64,000 nucleotides of DNA from Octopus bimaculoides. Taxonomy: Eukaryota. The notes under the pieces were generated by a model. That model was not told the origin of the DNA. It was given only the letters and a program-made list of their open reading frames with translations, and searched no databases. Shown here one piece after another: positions 1 through 13,710 of the stretch. Both the position numbers and the translations under genes were made by a program. Location of the stretch: NCBI RefSeq assembly GCF_001194135.2, contig NC_069001.1, forward strand, positions 15,901,653-15,965,652. Reading direction: 5' to 3'. The number at the start of each line of letters is the position of its first letter. Positions within the stretch are counted from its first letter, which is position 1.

Positions 1-75
1 ATGCTTATATCTTCTACTGTATAAATGCGAATGTATGTGTTTATGTGTGTTTATCCCCGAAATTTCCTCACAATG

Positions 76-675
76 TAGTGAGATGTGGTCCCTGAATGCA
101 GAAGACGTATAAAGGCTAGAGAGGAATGGGGCTAGTATGCTCTGCTGGAAATGCAATGTCAGTGTACATTTGTGACAGAGTGCTAGTGTTTTGGGGGATA
201 AGTTCGGCATAAGAGAAATTAGATGCAGTGTGTGAGAGAGAAGACTGCATTGGTTTGGTCATGTGATGCATATGGATGTAGACAGTTGCATGCAGAAGTG
301 CTGATCACTTAAAGTGGATGGAACCTGTGGAAGAGGGAGACCCAGGATGACACTAGATTGATCTCAAGACACAGAGCCTTACAAAGGAAATGACTTAGGA
401 CCGAGATATTTGGCATCTTGCTGTACTCAATAAGACCCATCCACCACAGCAGAATTGATAGCAGTGCTGTACCACATAAAAAAGCTCCCAGTACACTCTA
501 TGGAGTGGTTGGTGTTTGGAAGGGCATCAAGCTGTAGAAACCATATCAGAACAGACAATGGAGCCTGGTGTGGCCTCTGGCCCTACCAGTTTCAGTCAAA
601 CCATCCAACCCATGCCAGCATGGAAACAGACATTAATTGAAGATGGTTATCATAATGGTCATGATGATGATGTTA
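76..675 (+). mobile_element. Decayed RTE-type non-LTR retrotransposon 3' end (ORF2 C-terminus plus 3' UTR and (GAT)n-like tail)
   Basis: Interrupted translation SEMWSLNAEDV*RLERNGASML...RRLHWFGHVMHM...GRGRPRMT resembles RTE ORF2 C-termini and the copy at 42021-42310. Confidence 0.75.
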
Positions 676-1824
676 TGTTTACCATATTTTTCAAAACTGT
701 ACATAAAATCTGCATATTTTCAATGTAGTTAATGATATTATGTCTTTAATGTCAGTGGCAGTGATGGTATTTCTGACTTTCAAAGGCTGCATTGTTACCA
801 ATGTTACATCATGGAATATAAGAAAATAGTTTTTATAAGTCCTTGACAGAAAATTATGCAGGTAGGCACTGGTGGATATTATAACATATACATGTGTCTA
901 CTTATAGCAGGTGAGTGAATAGTTAATCAGTGTAGAAAGGGTGTGGGGTAATGGGAGAGTAAATTCTAGTGAATGATTGGCAATATGACAACAACTGTAA
1001 TCTTTACACATCCTTCTGCAAATAGCATTAAAAATGAACCAAAAGACCTACAAAGTCCTATTTCTGACAGGTTATGCAACCAAATGGCAACTCCCACATT
1101 GGTGTGTGTGACATGTCAGTTCTAAGAGTGAGAGAGAGAGAGAGAGCAGACTTATAATCAAAGGCATTCCAGTTGTAACCATTCCATCTTTATACTTTAC
1201 AAGATACTGTTTTTCGATTTTTGATCTTTAAGCACATGGAAAAATACAAAGATTACGAATGTGAGAAATATAATTTGTTTTTGAAAATTTAATTTTTCTG
1301 AAAGAAATACTGAATGCCCCTTCCCCACCTCAGCCACCCATCAGCGACCTGCTTTGGGATGAAATGCAAATCTTCTGTATGGGAAATATAAGAATGTGAG
1401 TAAATTGAAGAAAGAAATAAGTGTGTGTGTGAGACGGNNNNNNNNNNNNNNNNGGGGGGGGGGGGTACACAAATGTCATCTCAGACATGCTAGAAACAAC
1501 AGGTAAACAAATGACACCAGTCATACAGAAATTAGTGTCATTTCTTTTGCAATCTTTTGCGAAGACATGTCCAATAAATAAGTTATTCATGTTTGAAGAA
1601 GAGGGAATATTAAACTCGCTTGGAAACAGGTGAGGGTTGACAACAAGAGCAAACATCCAGCCATAGAAAATTAGCCTCCGCAAATCTTAATCTGACCTAT
1701 CCAAGCTCAGGAAAGTGGATGCTAAAAGAACAATGTTGATATGTAAGTAATATTCCAGTGACAGGATTATTGTCAAAATTAAAATTTCAACATGCAGTGA
1801 CAAAAAAGTTTACCATTATTTGAC

Positions 1825-2490
1825 TAAGGTGGCGGGCTGGCAGCATTGTTAGCATGCTGGGCAAAATGTTTAGTGGAATTTCATCAGGCTCTATGTTCTG
1901 AGTTCAAATGCCATCAAGGTCTACTTTGCTTTTCATCCTTTCTGGGTCACTAAAATAAGTACCTATGGTGGACTGGGGTTGATGTAATTGACTAATCTCC
2001 TCTGCCAAAACTTCAGGCCTTGTGCCTATTGGAGAAAGAATTATTATTATTGGCAGCTAGCAGAATCATTGACACATAGGCAAAATGCTTATTTCACTCA
2101 TCTTTATGTTCTGAGTTCAAATGCTACCAGGGTCAGCTTTGCCTTTCATCCTTTCAGTGTTGATAAAATAAGTACCAGTTTAGTACTGGGGTTGATGTAA
2201 TCGATTTACTCCCTCCTCTGAAATTTCAGACCTTGTGCCCATAGTAGAAAAGATTATTTGTCTAACTAAAGTAGTGAGCTGGCAGAATTGTTGAAGCATT
2301 GGAAAAATTCTTTGTGATATTTCTTTCAGGTCTTTACATTCTGAGTTCAGATCTCAACAAAGTCAATGTGGCCTTTCAGCCTTTTGGGGTCAATAACACA
2401 GAGTACCAGTCAAGTACTGGAGCCAATGGTATCAACTGAGACCCTTCCCTGAAAATTGCAGGTTTGTGCTAAAATTAGAAAGAATTAGTC
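1825..2490 (+). mobile_element. Three head-to-tail SINE family 2 copies
   Basis: Repeated gctggcagaat...ctgagttcaaat...tttcatcctt...gtaccag units. Confidence 0.8.
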
Positions 2491-2927
2491 TAACTGGTTC
2501 ATCAAGTTTTTCAGTCTCCAGGACAGCACCATTCTCTCTGATCCACTTTTAGCTGTATAACTTTTGACTCTACTGAATGAAGCTCATCTTTACCTGAGAT
2601 CTCAAGTCTGCTAGTTAATACTGTTCATTGCAAAGAGATCACATACATGCATGCATATGCGCACATACACAGATGCATGCTCATACACATGCAAGGGAGG
2701 ATTGAAAAGTTCCTGGCTTTAATGATATCATGAAAGGCTTGGTTGGAGACTCAACTTTCTGAGTTCTTTTACAAGGCTTAGAAAAACTGAAGGACTGCTG
2801 CAATAAGTGTGTAAATTTGAGAAGGGAATATGTTGAATAAAATCATAATTAACTGATCCTCCAGTATTTTGTTTTACCAAAAGCCATGAAGTTTTCAATA
2901 TCCCCTCATACACGCATGCACACACTT

Positions 2928-2964
<37 letters not shown>

Positions 2965-4154
2965 AATGAATAGTTACTGAAAACTATTTGGAATATGAAA
3001 ATGTCTTTGAAGTACAAAGTCGGTTAAAACATTTATTGGATATTTTACATTGAAATTAAGATTTTTGTATTAAAAAATTCAAAAAAGAAAGAAAGAAAAC
3101 CTAAACTTCATTAAAAAGACAATTTGTAAAAATAAAAAGCAAAATTTACAAATACTTTGTCTCAAAGAATTTTACATTGATATTCTTCTAAATGTAAATA
3201 AACCATGAAAATGTTGAAAGAAATTATTTACAATTTGTTGAAACAATATACAATTCTCCTTTCAAATGAAAGAAGACTGGTGGGAGAAAAGGGGAGGTGT
3301 AATGAATAAGAACAAAAAGTTGTTGTTTAACCTTTTATTAGTCTTGACCAAGCTGAACTGTCTTTATGGAAGTCTCTCAAGCTATGATAATCCTGTGTTA
3401 TTTTCTCATGAGTGGTGTACCCTAGATCAAAGGTTTGAGGTTGCAATAAAGAGGAGAAGAATATACTTTCTCTGTTTGTTGTACCTACTGAAATGCTATG
3501 CCACACCCAGGCCTTATGAAAAAGGAGCTTCAGTTTATACATTATCCAATAATGGGCCCACAGATCCAAGGAGAGACCTGAAGATCCAAGGAAGGATTCA
3601 GAGATGTAAAGAGTGTCTCAGAGATTGAAAAGAGAAGGAAAAAAGGACAAATTGCCACTTTTAATAAAACTTAGAGGGTTTCTAACTTTTTAAACATGTC
3701 AAATGCCTTTAAGAAGCAAAGTTATATGGACATAAAATCCACTCTGTCATCTCATTAACCATTTTGATTTGAATCCACTTGAGACAGCTCATAGCTCTAT
3801 GACACAAACTTACTGCTTTAAAGTGATGTAGAAACCAAAACCAAATTAGACAAGAACCTGGTGCAGCTCTTCAGCTTGCCAGCTTTCTATTATAGGCACA
3901 AGGCCTGAAATTTGTGTGGAGGGGACTAGTTGATTACATTGACCCCAGTACTCAACTGGTACTTATGTTATTGACCCCGAACGAATGAAAGATAAAGTCA
4001 ACCTTGGCAGAATTTGAACCCAGAACGTAGAGACAAACAAAATATCACTAAGCATTTTGTCTGGCATGCTAACGATTCTGCCAGCTCACTGCCTTAATAA
4101 TAATAATAATAATGATAATAATAGTAATGATAATAATAATAATAATAATGATGC

Positions 4155-4188
<34 letters not shown>

Positions 4189-4599
4189 AATGATTTAGGT
4201 ACAAGGCCAGCAATTTTGAGGGGAAGGATTTAGTCAGTGCTATTGATCCAAGTGCTTGATTGGTACTTTATTTTATTTATCTTGGAATGATGAATAGCTA
4301 AGTTGACTTTGGTGGGATTCGAACTCAGCACATAAAGACCCAAAAGAAATATCACAAATCATTTTTCTGCTGCTTTAATGAGATTGCTTAAACTTTTCTC
4401 CATTAAATGTGACTTTGTGCAAAAAATTAATATGCTAAATATTTTGAGTCTTGCAATCCAATGGGTTACGAGAGGCAGTCTTAATAATTTCATCTTAGAA
4501 GGGGTGATAAGATATAAACCATCAAGCTATGCAAATATTTGTAAATTGCATAGACCTGCCAGATATTGTTGACAACTTTTCTTGCTGTTTCCAAAGTTC

Positions 4600-4800
4600 T
4601 GAGAAGAGCCAATCTGTGCAGACTTACAGATCATGTATTCTGACTGTTAGAATAAATACCTAGAGACAGCTATACAATGGATACCACTAGAGGGATGAAG
4701 AAAGGGAGAGAGACCTCAAAAGACATGGAGCACCATGTTCAAAGAAGATCTGAAGTGACTCAACATTTACCTTGGGAAATACTGGTGAGACATCTTACTG
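4600..4800 (+). mobile_element. Highly decayed RTE-type LINE C-terminal remnant
   Basis: Translation WIPLEG*RKGERPQKTWSTMFKEDLK resembles the WxPxxGxRxxGRPxxTW motif. Confidence 0.5.
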
Positions 4801-5869
4801 CTGCCTAATGTACAGGTCAACTGAGTGGCGGGGGGACTAAGACAGACCTTCCATTGTTTTATAGCACTGATCTATACTAACCAATGTATCAGTTTACAGT
4901 TAGGTGGACTGTACCATTTGATGATTAAATATTTAGGTGCTTTAGCTGGTAACAGGACTTGAACCAATCACTGTTCTGTAAGCAAGCAGTCCGATGTCAT
5001 AGTGACTAGACTATCTTTTATTAGTTTCAGTCATTAGACTGTGGCCATGCTGGGGCACTGCCTTAAAGAATTTTTAGTCAAATGAATTAACCCCAGTACT
5101 TATTCTTTTTTTAAGCCTGGTACTTATCCTATTAGTCTCTGTTGCCAAACTGCTATGTTACAGGAATGTAAACACACCAACACTGGTTGTCAAGCAGTGG
5201 TGTTGGACAGACACAGACACAAAGGTACACACATACAGCTATGTATTTTTATACACGACGGGCTTCTTTCAGTTTCCGTCTACCAAATTCACTCACAAGG
5301 CTTTGGGCAGCCTGAGGCTATAGTAGAAGACATTTGCCCAAGGTGCCATGTAAGTGGGACTGAACCTAGAACCATGTGGTTAGGAAGCTTCTTATTACAC
5401 AGCCAGGTTTTCAAACTAGATAGCAGATAATAGTAAAAAAAAACTTTAATTTTATTATCTATATACACGCACAAGATTTAATGTCAGTTTTAATGTAGAA
5501 GATTAAATACAAATAACTTAGGTAATAGTCATATGATTGTAACTATAGCAATAGCCACTCGCATGAATGTTGTTATGGTAACAGCTAATTACATAACAGT
5601 AAATTAAATTCAGTTGAATTTAAAATCTGGTTGAATGTAGAAGATAAGAAATTGAAGAATACTAAACCATTTTTTTGCAAATTAAATTTAGACAAATTCA
5701 GCATTAATGTAATAATACATTGTCATGGTAACAAAATCAGAATATATGTACATTTAAAAATAAAAAAAAAATATTTGGAGAAAATTCTTATGGTTTCCTC
5801 TCCATACTTTAATTCTGCTGTAAGTTTTATTATTTTGTTTCAAAGACAAGATTTTGAAAATTATTTAAG

Positions 5870-5900
5870 ACTAGCAGAAGTGCCCGGTGTTGCTCGGGGC
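5870..5900 (+). mobile_element. Possible Helentron/Helitron-like terminus
   Basis: actagcagaagtgcccggtgttgctcgggg resembles ACTAG...cccgg..ttgc.cggg hairpin ends as I recall them. No partner end identified. Confidence 0.25.
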
Positions 5901-6719
5901 TTAATTGCTGTTAATGATTCTACTCAATTATGATTATTGAGGCAAAGATTGATATAAGTTAACGCCCAACCAATCAATTTGCAACTGGATAGAAAGCCCT
6001 GCAAAGAGCATTGCAACACTCTCAATAAAAAACCTTACTTCTAAATTTTATGCTAATTTATGTCCCAAAAGTCAGTTTTACAGTGATGAAGTTATTTTAC
6101 CAAATTATTCATTATTTTAAAAATTAATTGAAACAAAGGAAATGAACAGGGAAAAAGTCTTAAAAAAAAGAAGAAGAAGAAGAAGAAATGAGGGTGTCTT
6201 GTCACTACATCCTTCAAAACTTCCATGCTTACTGAAATTCACCAACAGTACATCTGATGCCCCACACCCATGTTTCTTCTTTTAAAGACTTCTCCACTGT
6301 TCACTTCCAATTCTTCTCATTAGTTGTCTGAATGTTTAAATTAGTGGTTCTCAACTAGGGTCCATATAAGATTTTTAGGGTCCATGCAACAAAATAGTAA
6401 ATTGGGGATCAACAATAGTATTTGAAGGGCCCCTGAAGAATTTTGGTTTAGATGTATGTAATATTTTACATAGTTCAACTTCCACAAGTTAATGTGTGAA
6501 AAACTAAATAGAATTTTGAATGAAGTTTCCATAAAACTAGTTTTTAAACATTGAATGGCTATAGGGGTCCACCAGAATAAAATAGTAATAAAAAGGGGTC
6601 CATAGGTAAAAAAAAATGATTGAGAACTCCTGCTTTAGATGTATGTATTGGTAAGTATTGCAAGAAACAGGTTTCTTTCTCTAACATCTCACATAATTCA
6701 ACCCACACAGGTTAATGTG

Positions 6720-6850
6720 GGAGGGAGGAAGGAAGGCAGGAAGGAGTGAGGGGGGAGGGGGAGGGAGGAAGGAAAAGGGGAAGGAAGGGAGAAAGGAGGG
6801 GAAGAAGTAAGGAAGGAAGGAAGGAAGGAGGGGAAAGAAGAAGGAAGGAA
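6720..6850 (+). repeat. Polypurine (GGAA/GGGA) tract
   Basis: Near-pure purine run. Confidence 0.95.
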
Positions 6851-7309
6851 TATTCTGTTTCAATATTTTGGTCCCAAAATACACATTGGTGTAATTTATA
6901 AAATGAACTTTTAAGAATTTTTTTTAAAAAATGGAATGAAAGGAATTGCTTAATTGTTGGAAAGGACACCTGAGTTGTAGCTAGTGATATTAAAATGTAA
7001 TTGGAATTGAACACAGAGATAAATTTGCAAAAGAAATTTTAAGCAAAAAATGTATGCACTTCAGTGCACATGCACTACACACACACACACACACACACAC
7101 ACTATCAACTAGTGACAATGTCCTGTGGTTTGTTACTAATAACAGTCAAATTAATCACAGATCACATCCTACTATCATTTCAAGACTTAGGACATTTTGG
7201 TTAAGGTGGTCATTTTTGTATAATGCCTTGAAAAAGAAAACACAAAGACAGGATGGTCATAACTGGAACATCTCTACTCAATAAGAAGTTGGCTTGAGGT
7301 TAAGCAACA

Positions 7310-7347
<38 letters not shown>

Positions 7348-8344
7348 TCAGGGCCAGTTTTAAGCCAATTAGATTTGTTTAAATTGGGCCCTGTGCTCTG
7401 ATGCTTTGATGAATTTTTAAGATATCATTGTGGTTAATAGTGGGGCCTCAAGTTTCAATGCTTTTTGTCTTGGACTGGTGTACTACATGAAGCATAAAAC
7501 ATCAATCTTCAACACTTTAAGTGTCAGCCCTGCATACAGAGTCTATATATAAGGAATCAAAAAAAGTTGGAAGGAATAAAAACGATCTGAAGGTAACATC
7601 AATAAATTGTGGAAAATAGTTACCAAAGTGAAAAGTATATATATGTGAACATTTTGTATATCTCCATCTTTGAGTTAAATTTCAAACTTTCAAACTTGTC
7701 TTAGATTAATTTTATCTACAAGAGATTGTCTCCCTTGTGATAGTTGACCATCACGAGTACACCACGTTTGAGAGAAAAAAAGTCTGTACATGAAATGTAA
7801 TTAAAATAAAGCTATGGATTGTCAATGAAAAAGACAATTAGATTTATAAATATATTTGAAAAATGGGCAAGAACCGGACTAAAACACGAAAAAGTGCTTA
7901 TGCGAACATGAAGAGTTTGAGGCCTTTGAAATGAAAAGAAAAAAATGCTGTCACAATTAGAGAGAATGGAAAAAAATAACCCGAAGAAGAAAACCTATGT
8001 GAAATGATACTTGAATATCGGTTGTCTGGGTCTAAAATATCAATCTTTCATTAATGTTATAGCAGAAAATTGAAAATGCAACTCCTTGAAATGTAGCTGG
8101 TGATGCAGAAAATTAAACAAAGGTAACTAATAAAGATTTTGGAAATGGAATGTAATACATAGAATTTCTACTAAAGACAAACATTAAAAAAAAAAGAAAA
8201 AGCTTAATCATTCTAATATATAAGAAACAATTTACCCACACAAGTTTTCAATATCAAAATGTAAATATTTAAACGCAAATCTTCCAAAAAATCATATTAC
8301 AACATGAATGACAGCATAAGATTCCAGATCAACTGCAGTATGAT

Positions 8345-8469
8345 ACACACACACACACACACAAATACACACACACACGCACATACATACACACACACAC
8401 ATACGTACATACATATATACATACATATAAATACATATATATATATATACATAAATACACACACATGTA

Positions 8470-8539
<70 letters not shown>

Positions 8540-8630
8540 TATATGTATATATATGTGTGTGTGTGTATATATATATATGTATATATATATATGTATATAT
8601 ATATATGTACATATACACACACACACTATA
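8345..8630. repeat. Compound (CA)/(TA)/(TG) microsatellite
   Basis: Direct reading. Many shorter CA, TA, GA, GAT and AAT tracts occur across the window. Confidence 0.97.
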
Positions 8631-9451
8631 GTTAGATATTTTCACTAAACCTTTCCATTGTCATGATTGTACTTGAAATTGACTGAAAAATGTTGGTAAC
8701 TCCACCAATAAAGATTGAAGTTGGAAGATGGAGAGAGGAACAGAAAGGAAGGCTGGGATTGCAGAAGATAAGGAAGGGAAATGGATGAGCAACATCCCAT
8801 ATCAGTAGTTCTCAATGTTTTTGACTCGTGTCACACTGGAAATTAACTCTTTCACTATAAAATAACATTTCATGGTTATTCCAGTAATGATGTTAAACAT
8901 CTACCAAAAGATGGTGTTTTTTTCTTCTTTTTCTGCAAGTCATTTTGCTTCAGTAAGCTTGACATATCTCAACAGAAAATAGTTTCAAAACATGACATCT
9001 TGCCACAAAAGATAAATTGGTATACAAAACTACTTTCTGCAGTTAAGGGTAATGAAATTTTGAGTGGATATATCTGATTTTCATGTTAAAGGGGTTAAAT
9101 ATAAAATTTAAAAATTCATTGACACATTTCACATGGACAGCTTGAAGGAATAAATTATTTTAAAGATTAAAATTTACCTTGTTTTATTAGCCATAATTTA
9201 ATGGAAACAGTAATAAAGCTGGGCACAAAAGTTTTTGATGAAGTTAAGTGCAATTTTGGTTGAGTGAACATACAAACTATCAACCTTTACAATACGTCAA
9301 TGTCAATGTTGTTTAGCCCTGATCAAGCAGACCTATGATCAAAACCGTTCCTGCCCTGGCCATCCTATATATTTTTTTGGTAGACAGTATATCTAGGTAT
9401 ACATTATACAATGTGTCTATCCTTCCCTTATTCCTTGTTAAGACTCTAGAG

Positions 9452-9703
9452 CAGTGTTTCTCAACCATTTTTTACCTATGGAGCCCTTTGATTTCGATTT
9501 TACTCAGATGTACCCTCTTAGACATCAGATGTTTTTAAAAAAATCATATTTTTTTAAAATTAAATATTATTAGGAACTGTATAAACAAAATTAAAATATT
9601 TTGTATAATTTAGAAATATAACCAATTAATTGCAGGTAAATTTTAACAACAAAAGCTTATATGGATCCCCAAGGGCCACATGGACCCCAGCTGAGAACCA
9701 TTG
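9452..9703. mobile_element. hAT-type MITE (CAGTG(G/T)TTCTCAA termini) with perfect 8-bp TSD CTCTAGAG
   Basis: TIRs cagtgtttctcaac / ctgagaaccattg. TSD at 9444-9451 and 9704-9711. Confidence 0.85.
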
Positions 9704-10989
9704 CTCTAGAGTATAATTTAGCTGTTGTTTACAGTAAAGGTAAGACAAGTCACACAGGGACCACATTTACTCATTGTATCAGTGAAATTGGAGAAGAGAA
9801 GATATAAATAGGTTTAGTATAAACCATGGAACCTCTTTAGAGAATTCTGGTCCCGCAACCACAAAAGACCAAAAAGGTATCAGGGATCACAATATAATAC
9901 AGTTCACGATGAGATAGATAGTGGTCAATCAGTAAAATGGCCTTACCAAATTGCATTTGATGTGTAATGTAAAAACATGTCATGTAGGTTGGCAGCATCT
10001 TGCTATTATTGTTTACCATATCAAGCCTTAAGCATTTAATCCAGCCATATCTGGGCCAAATAGCCTACTTCTTTTAACTGACCGGATACAACCTCCAACA
10101 CCTACCCTACAATGTCATTCTAAACATATAAAAACACACCGTTGACATTTTGAAGCTACAAAATAATGTGTGATTAATTCAAAGCAATGTGAAAAATAGG
10201 CAATACATTTGAGAGAGTAGTTTGAATGCTAAAGGATTGAAGGATTGAATCAAGAGGAAAAAATTACAAAATAATGCTTCTTTTTAACCCTTTAGCATTC
10301 AGACTAACCATATCCAGTCCAAATATTCTTCTACCTGTTTTATGTTCAAACCGGCCAAATCCAGCCTCTCACACCTATCCTCCAATGTTGTTCTAAAAAT
10401 AAACCATCCCATCATTGAAATCTCAAAGATACAAGATGAGTCAGGATTAATTTTTAAAAAAATGTGAATAAATAAGCATTACATGTGACAGAGTAATCTG
10501 AACGCTGAAAGGTTAAACCTAACATCAATTCCATAACTCATAATCGACGGAGTAACCAGGTGTGCTCCCAAGGCTTGAACACACCGTTGATCAAAATCAT
10601 TTTAGCCATGACTATTGGACCCGTTTTTTGTTTACCCTAAGCACAGTGTATCCCAAACTGCAATAACCATTGCATGTTTTCTTCTTTTTTAAGACAGTCA
10701 AGTGTGATTTGAGGGAAATTTGCCAGTTATTTGATGAGTTTAATTCTTGAGCATTTAAACTGGACTAGGTATTCTACCTGTTTTATGTTCAAAGCAGCCA
10801 AATCTGGCTTTTCACACCTACCCTATAATGTCATTCATGGGTCCGTGGCAAGAAGTTTGCTTTCCAGCCACATGGTTCTGCGTTCAGTCCCACTGTGTGG
10901 CACCTTGGGTAAGTGTCTTCTACTATAGCCTTGGGTTGACCAAAGCTTTGTAAATGGATTTGGTAGATAGAAACTGAAAGAAGCCTATT

Positions 10990-11028
<39 letters not shown>

Positions 11029-12744
11029 ATATCCCCACAACTTAGTGGTTCAGCAGCAGAGACTGATGCAATAAGTACCAGGCTTAATAAAAAAAAGGAC
11101 TAGGGTCGATTCATTCAATTAAGAATTCTTTAAGGTAATGCCCCAGCATGGCCATAGCCTAAAGACTAAAACAAGTAAAAGATATCATTGAAATCTTGAA
11201 GCTATGAGATAATGTGTGATTAATTTGAAACAATGTAAATAAGCATTATATATGACAGTAAAATCAATGCTGAAGGGTTAACTTTCAACATTCTCTTGGT
11301 GAAAACTTTCTAAGTCAAAGCGCAGTCCTCTAATGATTGTTACAAAACTAAAATGAGTGAGATGACAGGATTAGAGTTTTCTCCCTTCAAAATGAATGTA
11401 AGCAAGGTTAGTATGGTTCATATGATATTGTGTTTCAGGATTCTTTGACTACCTGTGCAATCCCATGTAGTACAGTGTCTCAAAGAAAAGAATTAATGAT
11501 GTGTTAGCTGATAGGATGTCAGGATATGTAATTAGCCCTTTAGCATTCAGATTACTCTGTCAAATGTAACTCTTATTCACACTGTTTACATTATCTCATA
11601 GTGGGTGTGAAAGGCTGGATCTGGCCAGTTTGAACATAAAACAGATAGAATCTTTGGGCCTGATATGGTTGGTTCAAATGCTAAAAGGTTAAGGTTACAT
11701 GGACAGTATTGTAATAATTGCTTAATTGGGGTAACAAATAATGTAAAATATCAATATTAACAATGATATAGAGATAATCAATAATCAATCATGATATCGA
11801 CAATACTTATAGAAGTAGTGATTGAGAGATTTTTATAGACCCAGGTCAGAAATGTTTGATCAGACCTATAAGCTACAGGTATTCCTGTTGTTTTTACATA
11901 TCTGGGGCTAAATTGTGTCCTTCCTTTAGAATAGTAGGGTGTGATTTCAAACACATTTCCCTGGTATTTCTAGTAACAGAGCCTTAATGGATGAGGTTTT
12001 TGTTACTTAAATTGTCTGCCTGTAAGTTAACACACAACATCAATATAACAACTAGTTACTTTGGTAGCCTGACAAAACGCTTTGACTGTATAGATGAGTG
12101 TTGTAAGGAACCTCACCAGAATCGTTAATTATATCAACACTAATCATCATCATCATCATTTAATGCCCGTTTTCCTTGCTGGCAATGGTTTGGACAATTG
12201 GACTGGAGCTGGTAAGGCCAAACACTGCACCAGGCTCCAGTGTCTGTTCTAGCATGGTTTCTATGGCTGGATGCCTTTCCTAATGCTAACCACTCCACAA
12301 TGTACTGAGTGCTTTTTATGTGGCACCAGCATGTGTAGTATATGTGTATGTATGTGTATATGTATACAAATGGAAGACAATATACTTGACATATACAGTT
12401 GAATTTATTTATTCATTCAAATATTTATGATTATAAATGCATAGATGCAGAAAACTGAGAGTAGTGATGGAATAAATCATCAGTTTCCGATGAAGGAACA
12501 AACACACACACACACACACACACATGGCTAGATATATCCACTCATATGGAGTTAATTAGCAGGCTTAATATTGTAATAGTGAGTTTGTCATTTACTGAGA
12601 CAAACTTAAGACAGATTTTTTATAGATAAACATCATAGATAAAAGGGGAAAATATCAATGATTTGATAAAAGATTTCAATAAAAAGATGCAATATAAAAA
12701 TTAGGGCTAACTAATTAATAAGCTAATGACATGAAATAATAATA

Positions 12745-13710
12745 ATAATAATTTCAAATTTTGGCACAAGCCCAACATTTTCAGCGGGGGAGGGGGTTTA
12801 AATCGATTACCTTGACCCCAGTGTTTAACTGCTACTTATTTTATCGACCCTGAAAAGATGAAAGGTAAAGTCAACCTCAGCAGCATTTGAACTCAGAATG
12901 TAAAGACAAATTAAATGCTGCGAAGCATTTAGCCTGGCATGCTAACAATTCTGCCAACTTACTGCCTTCATAATGATAATAATGATAATGATAAAAATAA
13001 TAATAATAATAATAATGGTTTCAAATTTTGGCACACAGCCTGCAATTGTTGGAGAGTGGGTAAATCAATTACATCGCCTCCTGTGCTCAACTGGTACGTA
13101 TTTTATCAACCCTGAAAGGGTGAAAGGCAGAATCAACCTTGGAGGGATCTGAACTCAGAATGTGAAGACAGATGAAATGCCGCTATGCATTTTGTCTGGT
13201 GTGCTAACGAGCCTGCCAGCTCACTGCCTTAATGATAATAATAATAATAATAATTTATTTCTTTATTGCTCACAAGGGGCTAAACATAGAGGGGACAAAC
13301 AAGGATAGACAAAGAGATTAAGTCGATTACATCGACCCCCAGTGCGTAACTGGTACTTTATTTATCGACCCCAAAAGGATGAAAGGCAAAGTCGACCTCG
13401 GTGGAATTTGAACACAGAACGTAACAGCAGACGAAATACTGCTAAGCATTTCGCCCGGCGTGCTAACAATTCTGCCAGCTCGCCGCCCAATAATAATAAT
13501 AATCATCCTTTCTCTAAAGGCACAAGGCCTGAAATTTTGTGGGAAAGGACTAGTAGATTACATCAACTCCAGTGTTTCACTGGTACTTAATATTTCAACC
13601 CTGAAAGGATACAAGGTAAAGTCAACCATGGCATAATTTGAACTCAGATAAAATACTGCCAACCATTTCAACCAGTGTGCTAACAATTCTGCCAGTTCGC
13701 TGCCTTAATA
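12745..13710 (-). mobile_element. Four head-to-tail SINE family 2 copies separated by (AAT)n
   Basis: Same unit repeated, each bounded by taataataa tracts. Confidence 0.8.

Noticed and set aside
2490-2640. Unique-looking segment with a minus-strand frame RLEISGKDELHSVESKVIQLKVDQREWCCPGD*
   Set aside because: There is no convincing acceptor, no phase-compatible neighbour and no recognisable homology.
6681-7014. Pro/Ser/Phe/Leu-rich ORFs
   Set aside because: They are translations of the polypurine tract.
8292-8648. Four overlapping ORFs of 97-117 aa
   Set aside because: They are translations of CA/TA/TG microsatellite (IYIY, HTHT, CVCV) with no coding signal.
12478-12500. tcatcag / ccgatgaagg motif suggesting a hammerhead core
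   Set aside because: No stem II followed by GAAA on either strand.
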